A DNA stretch of 64,000 nt, taken from assembly GCA_977017645.1 (NCBI GenBank), contig OZ360229.1:37758001-37822000 (forward strand), given 5' to 3'. The translations under genes and the position numbers were made by a program. Below, piece by piece: positions 1 to 14,084 of the stretch (positions are counted from its first letter, which is position 1; each line of letters opens with the position of its first letter). Under the pieces are notes generated by a model. That model was not told the origin of the DNA. It made no database searches and saw only the letters and a list, made by a program, of their open reading frames with translations. Origin of the DNA: Torpedo marmorata (lineage: Eukaryota).

Positions 1-1429
1 GAACAGTCAAGCTTTTCAAAACTATCTAGCAAAGAAGAAACCCATGCATTTACACTGAGGTTGGGATGCTCTAAAATGTATTTCCATTGACTGCAAAGGA
101 AAGAATTATCTGTGGGATTACCGTGCTGAATGGTGTCACTGGCTCCGGTTGGAATGGTGAGCTTTCAGCTGTTTTAATCCCAAGTAGTATTGTTTTTGTG
201 CATTCAAAATGCAATATTGATCTCCATACCAGTGCATGTATCATTCCCTGTGTTGCTGGATTCCACATCCTGCTGGGAATATACAGTGTTATACTGTGGA
301 ATTTGGCTCTCTGATCATACATTAAATCAGACCTGGCATATAATCAGTCATTTGAAGCTGGACTCTTGCCATGGACAAGGGGAATGAAGCTAAGTTATTT
401 ATTCATTACTTGTTTTATTTTAAAGTTTATAGTTTTGTGGGTTTTTTTGCAAAAGTTTAAATAAGTTTTATATTCATTTTAATAGATTTTTACAATCTCT
501 GACAATGTAAGAAATTTTAAAATGTTTTATTTATTTTATTTTTCACAGGAAGTAAAGGAGACTGTCCCTATATTCTCCTCTTACCAACGGCTGTCAGAGT
601 GTTCCAGGGCATGAACTCAAGGCTACACTACCTGAGGCCTTCTCGCTACCAACGGCCTTCCAATGCCTTGCTGCCAAACTCTTCCAACACAGAGCACTGG
701 AGAGATCAGCCCTCCCTTTCCAGACCAAGTAAGTTCTGGCAAACGAGGGTATGTGTGTAGCAACTTTGGGACATGGGTCATGTCCAACAAGATCAAGCCC
801 AGAAAATGAGTTTAAGTGCTATTGTGAGTGAAATGGTACTAACTGGGATGAATTTTAACAATTTTTTCATAATTCTTACTGTTCTTCCTTTTCATCAGAA
901 AAACACTGAATACATCCTTAGATAAGAATGTTCAACAAAATATCAGTAATTAAAGTTTATTGTAAATTCCTCATCTAAAATCAATTAAGTCAGTGCCAGA
1001 ATCAAATGCCTAATTTTATTGACTTACAGGACTCACCATATTACCAAACCATGTCTTTATCTAATTAATTAAATGAATATTTTACAGTATACATTGACTG
1101 AACTTCGAGGAGGATCTATTCATTTATAACTTTGCATGTTTTCTCTAGCCTCATGGTTCTGCCAATTAATATCCTACTGCTCTTTGACTTTAAGTTACTG
1201 GTATGAATATAGAGAAGACGAGTCAACACACAACTCAAAAAGCTTGGACTTCATCACTAAAAACCTGTGTGTTGTGATCCCTCGCCCTATGACCTGCCCT
1301 TGTCTGGAGTTCTGCTATCCTGTAAATGGGTTTCAAGGTTTTTCCCATTGGCTATTACCAGCATTTGCACTGGAAAAGTTAGAAAAGGGGAAAAAAACAA
1401 GTACCGGTAGTTCAGATTTCCATTAGATG

Positions 1430-2250
1430 TAGTATTTCATGTTTGGGATCACTGCCAAATCCAAGTTGCCCTTGGGAAGCTGGCAGTGGGCAATTTTCTT
1501 GAATTTCTACAGTCCATTTGAGGAAGGTGATCCAGCAGGGTTTTCGTAAAGGGAGATCCAGAATTTTGAACCAGTGCTGAGGAAGGACTGTTTTTGTCAG
1601 AATAGTGTACAGTGCAGAGAAAATGGATTCCATGAACAGCTGACCTTATCTTTTCCGGTGGAGAGAAGTCATGGATTTGTAAAGTGGAGTCAAAAATTCT
1701 TTAGCATCTTGCTGCTTGTATTCTATAAATACTTTAAATTGCTGCTCTAGTTTGCCAGTGGATGGAGTGAATTGATATTCAAGGTGGGTAATAAAGTGCT
1801 GATCAAGCGGATGGATAGTCAGACTGGTATCAACTTCTTGACTGCAGTGCACTCATTTACACTCATTAACATTATTCCATCACACCCCTGACTTGTGCCT
1901 TATGGTACTAGAGATGTTTTGGATAGTTCGAAGAATGTCAACAAAAATGCACCATTTGTCTAGTGCCCTTCCATTTATGTGGTGAGCTCTGTTGAGTGTT
2001 TAATAAGTAGTGATCCCTCCCTTTCCCCACCACTGATATTCCCCCACCACTGGGGCAATTGAACTGACATCAATGTTCTGCCAGACAGACTCCATGGGCC
2101 AAAAGTGCAGTTACAACTCTTTGATTCTCTTCTGTCATTCAAATATCCATTTCCATGTCTTTGGAAGAAATTTATTGTTGACTGATTTTAAAGCCAAAGA
2201 TAATCCTCTGCTGAATTTCGCTGTTTTAGCTCTTACAGCACAGAACAGCA
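1430..2250 (-). mobile_element. Old degraded LINE 3' fragment (CR1/L2-like, shark type)
   Basis: Resembles the reverse complement of a common elasmobranch LINE 3' end (ttgcccttgggaag...tcttgaat...cagtccat...gaaggt...agggag...ccagaattttga). No intact ORF. Confidence 0.45.
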
Positions 2251-2527
2251 TTTATTTATTTATTTATTTTTAAATTTAGACATATAGCACTGTAACAGGC
2301 CAATTCGGCCCTACGAGTCCGTGCCGCTCAATTTACACCCCATTAACCTACACCCCGGTATGTTTTTGAACGGTGGGAGGAAACCGGAGCCCCCGGAGAA
2401 AACCCACACAGACACGGGGAGAACATACAAACTCCTTACAGACAGCGCAAAATTCAAACCCAGGACAGGTCCCGATCTCTGGCGCTGTAAATGCGTTGCG
2501 CTAACCGTTATGCCAACCATGTCGCCC
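2251..2527 (-). mobile_element. tRNA-derived V-SINE (HE1-like)
   Basis: Minus strand shows A-box tggcataacgg, B-box-like ggtttgaatt, the V-domain ggagtttgtatgttctccccgtgtctgtgtgggttttctccgggggctccggtttcctccca, and an A-rich tail. Closely similar to copies at 10740 and 14416. Confidence 0.9.
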
Positions 2528-4578
2528 TCAAAGAATGCCATCAAAATTGTGGAGATATAGCAAGGAAGCAGGCTCTTCAGCAAGTCTAATGGTTGCAGGT
2601 ATATGTGCATTTAGCAAATCTGGCTTCTAGATCCACTTGGACAGTGCTAACCACGTTTGTGCTAACCATCATATTACCCTGATCCTTCATTAATCCTGTC
2701 TTTTTCATTCTTCCCACATTCTCATCAACTCCCCCCAGATACCAGAGAACAAAGCCTTAACTGAGGGAGAGGAAAAATATCAGGGATAAATCACTGGGAA
2801 CTCCAGACTAACCAATGAAGAGGTGGAAAGCATTCTTGGTGACTGACTGGCTGTATTGGAATATCTAAGAGTGGAACCGTGTTGCAATATTCCTCTGGAA
2901 CAAACTGGCATGATGATAAGGCCACAGGGAGTTGAAGATATCAAGATGGAATAAGGCACTAGTGTCACAGTTATGCAGCTTGTTAATGCTGACTTTGATA
3001 GCGGGCATGAGATAATGCAGTGAACAAGGCCATCAGGACTAAAAGGAAACAGACCAGGATTTGAAGGATAAATGGCCATTGAACTGGAAAATAAGATTTT
3101 GGTCAGGAACCTAAAAGAGGATTGTGAGATTGGCGACAGGAAGCTGTTAGGTCAAAATTTTCTGACTGAAAGGTGGGTGACTAAGAGAAGGACAATGCCA
3201 CAAAAAAATGTGTGCAGAGAATGAAGAAGGAGCAGGAGGCAGTTTGCATTGTAGGAATGAATTTGAACAGGCAAAGATATGTTAATACTTGCAGAGTGAC
3301 AGAGGATGGTAGTTAGAGATGTTCTATGATCATGTGGAAAATAGGAAACAGGCAACAAAGTATTGATCTGACTTTTATGATGCTGGAGATTAGGGTGAAT
3401 GGAGTACCCAGAGCTTACTTGTGGCCCTTTAACCCAGGATAGTCTTAGAATATTTGTAGTATTTGAATTGAAAACAGAAACAAATCATGCTTGGCACAAT
3501 CGAAGAGAATCTAGTAGCCAAATTTACTAAATGTACTCATGACTGCAACCTTTAGACTTCAGGAACTAAAGGGATAAGGGATTGTTGAATGACAGTGCTG
3601 GATGAAAACATTGAAAATTGAATGAAGAAAAACCTTCACCAAGTCAACATTATCAACAGTGTCAATGAAAGGTCTTGCCAAGGGGAAATTTAACATCCCC
3701 TTAAATTGGGTGAAGATATTTTCCTGGGGGAGAGAATTGAAGTTCATGGAGTTGTAGGACACATGGATGTTAAGAGAAACAAGAAAGTGGTGGGAGGTGC
3801 CTAATCAGTTCTAGTTGACTATGGCTTAACACACTCTGTGTTGTTTTGGAAAATAAGCAGCTGGTGCTCACTGAGACAACACACACCAGAAAAGCCTGTA
3901 CTAGTGTTGTTTCCAGATTAGAGTGCACACAATGTTATAAGTTTGTGTAGTAATTAACAAATTTGGTTCATTTGTGCATTGTAGCAGAATAAATCCCAGG
4001 ACTAAAAAATAACTTACTGCAGGCAATTTGTCTTTATGTAAATGAATAAGCAAATTCTTCGTACCCAAGCAGAGATCAGCAATGTAAATAACACAAGGAT
4101 TCAGCTCAGCACTCAATTCAATCCCAAGAATATATACCAGAATAACGCAGGAAAAATTGCCTTGTGAATCAACATATCAGGGCAGGTCTTCTGTTTGTCA
4201 CTAGAACTTTACAATATATACCCAAGTTTCTTTATAAAAGATTCAAAATCCAATGCTGGCACTAACTTAAGATAGGAGCAGCGTCTTCCACAGTGCTACC
4301 TGCACTGCCAGCCACCTCTACATCACACATGTGGACCCATTTGACTCCAACAGGCCAGTACAGACTTCCTCGTACTCAGGTTGGGAAATCTGCCTACTGA
4401 ACTGGAATCAGGTAATATTGCTTATATTCTGCAATTTACCATTTTAACCAGTGATGTTTCTGATTCACTGCATCCTGCCTTTGAGCTTGCTGAGTGTCAT
4501 TAAGAACATCGACCCTCTTCTAGAATATTCATTTGACAAGTAGAACTGGAAAAAGATGCAGTCATCTTTGTCAAGCTT

Positions 4579-4940
4579 GATAGACCATAGACCATAGAAA
4601 TCTTCGGCTCAGTACAGGCCCTTCGGCCCATAGTGCTGTGCCAACCTAATAACCTACTCTAACAACTGCCTAGAATTTCCCTACTGCATAACCCTCCATT
4701 TTTCTCAGTTCCATGCACTTATCTAATAGTCTCTTAAAAGATCCTATTGTACCTTCCTCCACCAGTGTTGCCGGCTGCACATTCCATGCACCCACCACTC
4801 TCCTTGTGAAAAACATACATCCCCCCTGTACTTACTCCCAAGCATCTTAAACCTCGTGTTACCCATTTCAGCCCTGGGATAAAACCTTTGGCCATCCACA
4901 CGATCAATGCCTCTCATCAGGCCACCCCTCATCCTTCATC
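4579..4940 (-). mobile_element. CR1-type LINE 3' end
   Basis: (ctatggt)n-type tail and C-terminal RT remnant MRGIDRVDGQRFYPRAEMGNTR. Confidence 0.8.
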
Positions 4941-4944
4941 TCAG

Positions 4945-5195
4945 TATGGAACTCATCAGAGACTCATTTAAGGACTCTTACTTTGCATATTATTTATGAC
5001 AATTTTTTTTATGTATTGCACAGTTTGTTTACATTTCTTTCTTTACATTTCTCTCTTTTGTAAACATATCTTTTTCTTGTGTACAGTTACCAATAAGAAG
5101 AAATTCTGCCTGGCCCACATGAAATAGAATCTCAGGGTTGTATATGATATCATGTATGTACTCTAACAATAAATCTGAATTATGAACTTTGAACT
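4945..5195 (+). mobile_element. LINE 3' UTR fragment (Rex1/Babar-like)
   Basis: Same family as the inverted copy at 46215-46555. Ends in ...atgtatgtactctaacaataaatctgaa plus short repeats. Confidence 0.7.
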
Positions 5196-5639
5196 ATTTC
5201 TGTATCTCATACAAGTCACCGGATGCTCCTTAGGACGCACACTGAGATAAGCATCAACTGCTGCAGGGGATTATCAGCTCAGTGATAATCACATTTGGTT
5301 ATGTCTGAAGTACCTGTGCAAGGAGCTGTCCACCAATTAATATTGCAGATTGGCACATTCCAAGGGGCAGTGTTATGTACTGTGGGATATGTTAAATCTT
5401 GGTGTATCTGCTGCAAAACACTCAACAGAGAAATGTGATTGTTCAAGGAACACTGCTATTGTACAGTGAGGGACTGAAGTTTGTATGAAAACCTTTTGGA
5501 CATTGTATGTGGAAGAAGAACAGATTCATTCTGACATAACATGAATTTTGTGGGAAAATAGAATGATATTCCCTGTAATTGCAAATTATAACAAATTAAT
5601 ATATTATATATGAGCACATTTTATGAATAAGATATACCA

Positions 5640-6312
5640 GACAAGTGTTAGGTAATGTATTTTGGGAGGTCAAATTCTGGTAGATATGTAGAGTAAATAG
5701 CAGGGAGATTGGGAGCATTGATGTACAGAGAGACCTTAGGGTGCTGGTTCATAGCTTCCAGCTTTAATAGGGCAGTGAGAAGGGCATTTGGCACGCTTGC
5801 CTTCATTGGCCAAGACATTGAGTTTAAGAGTTGAGGCAGTTGTACAGTTGTACAGAACATTTATTAGACCATATTTGAAATGGAGGGCTGTAGTTAGAAG
5901 AAGAATTGGATAGGCTGGGTTTATACTCATTGCAACATAGAAAGCTGAGGGGTTACCTTAGAGGTTTATAAAATTATGAGGGACATATAATCATTCTTTT
6001 TCCCAGGAGCAAGGAGGTCTAGGAAGAAAGGGTGCAGGTTTAAGGTGAAATGGGAAAAACTTAAACGAGATCTGTGGGTAAGTTTTTCAAACAGTAAGTG
6101 GTAAATATCTGGAACAAGCTGAAAGTAGTAGAGGCAGATACAGTTACATTATTTAAAACATGTTTGGGCAAGTGCTGGATAGGAGAGTCATAGAGGAAAG
6201 CAGGAGTAATGAGAGCAAATGGTATTAGTGCAGAAAGGCATCAGGTTCAGCATTGACAAGGTGAGCCAAAAGGCCATGTTGCTGTACACTTCTACGGTTT
6301 TATATTCTATGA
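5640..6312 (+). mobile_element. Degraded CR1 LINE 3' fragment
   Basis: Typical CR1 RT C-terminal nucleotide motifs (agagagaccttagggtgc, ttgccttcattggcc, aggtttataaaattatgaggg) and an (attct)-like tail. Confidence 0.8.
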
Positions 6313-6339
6313 TTTGGTGATAAAAATCTACAATTCATC

Positions 6340-6962
6340 TTTTCTATTTCAATATTTTTATTGATTTTATCAAATAAATGATGCATAGGTACATGACAAT
6401 AAAATAAAGTATTAACAAATCTTGTATAACAATACAACTACAAATAATGTTAAAACCTATGTTACATTAAAAGGAAAAAGAAAAAGAAAACCACTATATT
6501 AATTTCTAAATATCAATCCCCTACCTTCGGAGGCTACTGGCTTAACACAAACAATCCACTACTAATAATAAAAAAAAGGGAAAGGTAAACATTGGGTTCA
6601 AAAACCAAAAACTAATTGATCTTACAAATTTTGAAAGTAATTTAGAAAAGAACCCCATAAAGAAACAAAATTAAGATTCATATCAGTAGTAGAACATTGA
6701 ATTTTTTCCAAAGTCAGACATGCCATCATATCAGACAACCATTGATTATGAGTGGGAGGGACAGCATCTTTCCATCTCATTAAAATGGCCCGTCTCGCGA
6801 TAAGGGAGGCGAGGGCAACTACATGGGATTGTGAAGCAGTCAGAATTAAACCAGTTGGCCCACTTATTCCAAAGAGAGCAATAAAAGGTTTTGGAGTCAA
6901 AGCAATATTAAGAACTAAAGACAAGCTACGAAATACTCCTTCCCAATTAATCTTTTAAACTC
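6340..6962 (-). mobile_element. L1-clade LINE 3' end (ORF2 C-terminus and 3' UTR)
   Basis: ORF 6622-6924 reads IARRAILMRWK...PPTHNQWLSDMMACLTLEKI...WGSFLNY, typical of fish L1 ORF2 C-termini. AATAAA and an A-rich tail lie near 6350. Confidence 0.85.
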
Positions 6963-9900
6963 TACTCATAATATCCCCTAGACTGGCTGAGATCATGAAG
7001 TCAGCACTTTATTGTCTCAAGATAAGACCCACCCTATTAGTCTGTTGGTAGATTTGTTTGTATCTGGAGATGCTACAGCTTTAAGATTTATACTTAGCAC
7101 ATAACAAACACATTGAAAAACTTGAATATTTGAGTTAATTTTGAATCATTTAACAGTTTCCAATATCAAAACCTTCAACAAATTAAGCAAGCATACACTA
7201 ACATTCATCAAGAGACATCACAGAAAAATATGTGAAGCTTGAATGGCCATTAAGTATTGCAATAACCATAAAATGGAGATCAAAGGTTCAAACTGGATGT
7301 GCATAAACTCAAAACTTTTACTTTTGAAAGTAAAAATTGAAACTTAATTTCTTCATATTTTTAAGTTCTTGTTCTGTGTCTTTTTACAAGAATTCCCCAT
7401 GAACTAGAACTTTATGCTGAATTGTGATGTGTTGGGACCTTCATTTGCACTTATTCTGCAAACATTGACTCATACAAACATAACTAACTATAAAACCAGC
7501 CTCATAGTTTAGACAAGTCTCAGGCAATTTAAATTCTATTGATTTTGCTTTGAAAGCAGATATCTTTTCTTAATATCCTGCATATATGTAAATATTCATT
7601 AAAAAAACTCTCAGCCAAAAAAAGCACTAACAGTAATGTAGAATCTGACTTTCAACATAGTTTTTCCCACTACAAGATGTAAGTGAACACAAGGACTGTG
7701 CAATGGCCAAAAGTATGTCAGTCAAACATAAAGGCTGTTAATATAATGTGATAAATTATCCAATAAACTAATGTGAAAAACACTTGAAATTGCACATCAG
7801 TGACAATCATATGGTGTGATATACTTTCAAGTTCATTGTCATCATTGTTAGGTTGTTTTAACTCTCTTCATGTACTTTCTACAGCATTTATGCCCTTTCC
7901 CACATTAAGGCTTAAAATTCCAAAACGTGATTATAAAATTATAGGTTTCATATTATGAAGAATAACAAACAGCTGGCAGTGAGTTTTAAGCATTAAGCTT
8001 GGCGTTCTGTTGATGTTTCCAAGTCTGCTAAAGCTTCAGTCATACCATTAATGGCGTCATCAGAACCACTTTATTGAATTACTGCTTTTGTAAATCACTG
8101 CTGGCCATCTGTTATCCTATATGTATATGTTATGAAGTAACATTAGACAAAGGTAGTACCTTTACTTTCATTTAAAATTAAAGAAAATCTCATGTAAATG
8201 AAATCAATGGCTCCTCCACAAATATTTTTTTAAATCATTCCTTCTCTGTCCCTAAAATACCTGGCATTGATCAAGAAGTTTCTATATGGGGTCAGTAGGC
8301 TAAAAGAAGTTGTAATATCTAAGTTTAATTTTACGAGTTCAATTCAATGTTACAAGTGAAGCACCTAGCATTAAATTAAATTATTATTCTATCAAATCTG
8401 TATTTTACTAGAAACCATTAGACAAATTAAGAAATGCCTATCTGCATTTATTTGGTTTTATTTTGGATTAGATCATAGGTTCTTGAAATAAGTTATGACA
8501 ATACCATGCAATGCACAGTAACCAGTATTTCATTTCACATGAGATGGGAGGCCCATTCTGATTTCAGTACTACCAAATGTATCTAAAATGCAATTGCCTG
8601 CCAATAACAAAAGACAATATTCTTATGGTTGCATCAAGAAGTTCTATTCCAGATCTTCATATCTTTATTACAAAACTTTAACCATTATTTTAATGAAGCA
8701 ACACTATAGAATATTTAAGTACTACTGTCTTAAATAGGACAAGCAGTCAAAGTATGCTTATGCCCTGACAAGAGTAATTCAGTTATATTAAAGAAAAAGC
8801 CTACTCCCAAGGACAGTGATCTGATGGAGGATGACACCTTTATGCTGTCCTATGTGAAATGTCAAACTGGTTTACATAGACATCCACCTCCTGAGTCTAA
8901 AGCCTTGAATATCTTCAGTAAAATCTTATTAATAAAAAACAAAATGTCTGAACAATTTGCTTTAAGATAAGAAATCATCTCTCTTATCTAAAACTACATC
9001 ATAGTTGATAGCATGAGACATCTATTAAATCTGGATTTAAAAGATGTGAGGTAATCAGTGTTGAAAGAATATTAAAAGCAATAAGTTCGGACATCTTTTA
9101 AAACAATCCAATATGAAGACATTTTCTAATAGGTTTAGCTTGATTGTTCTGGCAGTTTGTATGATTTGTCTACTTCTGTTTATAAAAGGACTGAAAATAC
9201 ATTATGACATACAAAATAGTTAAATAATAATCCTTATTTTAGCATGTATTATTTGAATAATGTTATCTGTAATTATTCCAAAAGTTCAACTTGTACACTG
9301 TTTAGTGATGGTCTCAGTGAATTATAAGTCACAGAAATCTTATTATCGTGATCACTTCAGGGAAGAATGAGCAAATCATGCAACATAATCTAACGTGCTT
9401 CCTTCCCTGGAAATTGGTCCTTCCTTGCTGCTTATTCCCTGGCTACAATTGTAACATGACAGCAAGTGCTTATTAACCAGGTTTGTCAGTGAATTGGATT
9501 GAAGTTTGCTGGAGTCTGGGGTGTGTAATATGCACACAAGAACAGGAGGCCACCCTGGATAGTAACAATTACATGTTCTTTCTGAAGGGAGCTGTGGCTC
9601 CCTCAGAGACACTAACACTATTTTTTTATGTTTCACATATCAAGGGGAATTGAAAAAGTAGCTCTTTATTTAATATTCAAATATTTTTACACAAACCAAA
9701 ATGAATTTATGCCTGTGTTAGTTTCACAACAAAGCAAGTGTTTGAATAAATTCCAACAAAAATGTTGCTTGTTTTCTTAATGAGAATAAAAGCCATCTGC
9801 TACTGTTTGTCACGAATCAGTAATTATTGCAAACTGTACAGATACCCCAATATACCAATATAACATCCACTTAGCACTGCAGGCACTATGCTGATCAGAA

Positions 9901-10739
9901 TCATAGACTTTCAACATTTTAAATCCATATTGATTTACGAATTGATTTATCAATCTGTATTGATTTACAGACACTAATAATTCATTAGATCAACGAAAAT
10001 GTCTTACAGCAAGTAAAATGTGAATGTTCAGGAAAAATTACATGTTCAAATGAGTATGAAACTAAATTTTAAAAGGAAAAATTACGAGCAACATTACTAA
10101 TAAGTGAAGGAAGACTGAATGCAAACCCCATTTGTTCAAATTTGAAATGGAAAATTCAAAGATATACTTAGTATTTATTCCAGTTCACTGAATGTTTGTA
10201 GCTGTACGTTCATATTAACTAAATAGGGACTGAAACTAAACCCGAATATTTACAATGGAATAAATATTTCCATATTGCAATGTACCTTCCCCAGAAACTA
10301 TTACTAACAACTGTATTACATTTATGATATTTGTAGAAAAAAACTGGATAATGATTTCCATCATTTTACTGTTAGATGGATTTAATGAAAGACATTCAGC
10401 ACCAAAAGTACATTACTATCTCAATATTTATTACACTTCTTTTGGTTTTAGTTTGATTGTATACCTATTTTCATTTAATTTCAAGAGCACATATTCACAA
10501 TCTAAAATGCTCTGCTTACATTAAAATGAAAATATGTAGTTCATTTTTTTCTCCTAAATTAAAACATTTTCTGTAAAAATATGTTAAACACTGCAGATAT
10601 TAAAAACAAGAGAATTCAGAGTAAAATGTCATTTCATTCGATATATAAAATGCATTTTAATATTCATGGACAAAACAGAATTTATATATTATTTTCAGGT
10701 CCTTTGCCCAACAATCAATCTTTTCTGGTCCATTTTGAT

Positions 10740-10993
10740 TTTTTAATTTAACTTAGAGATACAGCACGGTAACAGGCCCTTCCGGCCCACGAGCCCGCGC
10801 CGCCCAAATGCACCAATTAACCTACAAACACCGAACGATTTTTTGGAGGGTGGGAGGAAACCCGAGCACCCAGAGGAAACCTACACACATCATGGAGAGA
10901 ACATACAAACTCCTTACATACAGCGCCAGATTCAAACCAGGGTTGCTGCCACAGTAATAGCATTGCGCTAACCGCTACGCTAACCGTGTTGTC
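10740..10993 (-). mobile_element. V-SINE (HE1-like)
   Basis: Colinear with the copies at 2251 and 14416; B-box ggtttgaatc and V-domain present. Confidence 0.9.
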
Positions 10994-13900
10994 GATGAGG
11001 CTATCGAGGCTACTCAATCTAAGGGTATGGAAATGTACTCAACAACCAACTGCTGGATGCATCACTGAACATTTTGAGGAGTCAGAAAGCAACCCTTTCT
11101 GCATTCCTCTTTCTATCATCAGGAAAGCAGCGAACCTCGATGTTAATGGCCCAATTTAGACTGAAATATAGCAGTAAAAAGATTGAAACCCAAGCTTGCA
11201 ATTTTCCATTTGCATGATCATGCATGAACATATTTTTTTCAAATGATACTTAACTTTATTGGCTTTTCTATTTAATGCAGTGACGGATTAACTTGATTCC
11301 ATTAATATAGTTACAAATTAGTTCTCCTCTCTACAGTCTTAAAAAGTTCATTTCAAATTCATACATTTAAACAAGCAGCTATGTCCTGTTTCTCTGATAC
11401 AAATGTTGGCCAAGTGAAGAAAGCTACATATAATTTTGTTTTATTCTGTTTATTTCTTTATTTTATTTCTGGAGTTCTGCTATGAATATTGTTTAACTCA
11501 TGTAATTAAAATCATAGTAAATGTTACCTATTTTGTGGAATTAATTATCATTTTCAATATAGATTTATTGGCATAATTTGAGATTTAAATTAATCATTGC
11601 ACTACACCACTGATTTCAAAGTTAATGTAATACCTTGTAGATCCTTCTTTCTATGTTTTCATCATTCCATGAGTAGAAGCTATTACCCAGGTTTTGACTG
11701 TGTTCTGTGACAGGCAATGTTTGACATCTCAACAATGTGACTATAAGATAAATCATTAAGTAATGCAATTCATTTCACAGTGGAGAGTTTAAGGAAATTA
11801 ATGTAAGTGCAGTGCTTTAATTAAACATAGGAACAGATTAATAGCTCATGTCCATAAATGCTTAACAAAAGCATATTTAGCGTGAGATTAATTAGAATGA
11901 TAAATGTCTCCTAAATTGTTTGACACTGCAAATTAATAGATGTCAGGCAGTTGGGAAGCCCTGGATAATATTTGCCAGAGATGAAACTTTTTTGCGAGTT
12001 TGACACCTCATGAAAAAGATATAATACATGCCAATATGTAATGAACATATGAGCCAGCCCATCCAGCTTGACTGCAATTAGACTTCTGGCAAAAATTATG
12101 TCAAAAATGAAACTAATCTTGAAATGTGGTTCTCCCCAGAGTTTCTGCTCAAATTCCTTCACTTATTGTTCAACATAAAGTCCATCATTAATGAGTGCCA
12201 TTGAGCAACATCTAAAACTATTTTCTTTCAGTGTTATCGCTTAAAAATATTTCTTTTTTAAGGATGCTAATTTGTTTAAAATCTGATTAGTACATCTGAA
12301 ATGGATTTATCTCAAGAAGTAAGTATATTAATCAGTGTCAATCCAATAATTGTGAGTAACCAGGTCTTAAATTACTGTAAATTAACTTTCAAATTATATC
12401 CAAAAAAATGTAATTCGATTGAGATACAATAGTCGGCTTCACAGTGAATTAAGAAAAAGTTACACTCAAACCATTTGAAACATACCTATTAGTGTGTCCT
12501 TGAGCCCAAAAGATCCCGTTTAATTTTTAGAGTTTTCTAAAGGGCCTGCAAAAAAATGCAATTAGCAGAAACTCTCAACGGCAATTAATTCACTCTGATG
12601 GTGTGGCCAGCTTTGAGTACAGAGCCTGCAGCAAACTCAATGTATTTTTTAACTAGCACAAAAGATCATTGAAACTTGAGCTACACGGAGCATAATTTAT
12701 GCTTACAAGCCCACACACTTTTGGGGAAATGCACAAAGAAAATAAGCATAATCAAGTGACCATACCATTGCATGAATCAAACTGGTCAAAGATGTTCTGA
12801 TCAAAAAAGACAAGGCAATAAACAAAAGCAGATACATAACATATTTATGTCTTACCAGAGCTATTTGTCTCACATGCATTTAGAGTCCAAATTCCATGTT
12901 CTGGACTTGTATTTTTATTTGTGATTTTATAAGTAACCAAGTGTATCACTTTAATTTGAACATGTTTTGTTGAAGTGAAACCACCTGAGATGTTGCTTCA
13001 GAGGAGATTGTGTTAGACAAGCTGTAAACATAACTTAAAATGTGTCATCCAGGTTTAGTAAATATGAGCTTTCAGTTAAAGTTGCCAGGAGTCAATGCAA
13101 TGATTGTCAAGGGGACACAAAAGGGTATTTGTTCCTCAGTGCCTTCGCAAGGTATTGGATGGTCCCGTAAGTGGAGCTGACAAAACTGTGTGAGTGTAAC
13201 AGATGGACATTGCCTTGAAAAGTGTTATTCCAAGCAGTTACAGACTCTTATTGATATGTAGAGGGAACTTACCACAAAAGATTTGATCCTTCTGGTTGTT
13301 CCTGTGACTACCCTTTGTCAGAATAATATTTTAGAGTTCTCAGCAACTCAGGTCTCTCTCGTCTACATTGATGGAGTGGCTGCAACCATGACAGTTGCCC
13401 AGTAAGCACTATATCACCTGGAGAAGAGACCGCTGGGATCAGCCATGCATGCTAGGTCCTGTGGAATAGACTCCCGTTAGCCAAAGTTACTATCATTCAA
13501 ATGGAGCAACATGCTGTGGCTGATGTAGGGGCAAATTGCTGATGGTGCTGATGGTGTGATATTAATTTTGTCTTGCAGCCTAGGGTCTGTAGTTTGAGTC
13601 AGACGTATTCAAACAATAAAATAAGCAAGATAAATTAATTCTGAAATGAAAGCTGATACTATATCATAGAGTCGACCACAAAAATGTTGGGTTCATTATA
13701 ATAGGACCCAGAAACAGTAAAGTGATTTGTATTTTGAGCATCAAATGCAATTATTCTCCAGTAGGCTATATTTAAGGGGCAGAGCTTTGATAAATAATTG
13801 ATTTACGTCAGCTTAGACAGAAAAATCATATTTGTAATGAAAGAGAATTTGAATAAATTTAAATTAACAATGAACCTCCATTTTATTTCTCTTTTATATT

Positions 13901-14084
13901 ATCTATCAAAATGGGTGATTGGAAATGAAATCTGAGATTTCTAATGCTCATTGTTGTCGTATAAATCAGCCAATTCTGCATAACAACATAGTATCTTGGA
14001 TTGAAGATAAACACACATGAAGCATTGGCTTCAAACCCATCTGCAGCTTATTGAAATAGTTACTTGGATGTAAAGGCCCAGTGC

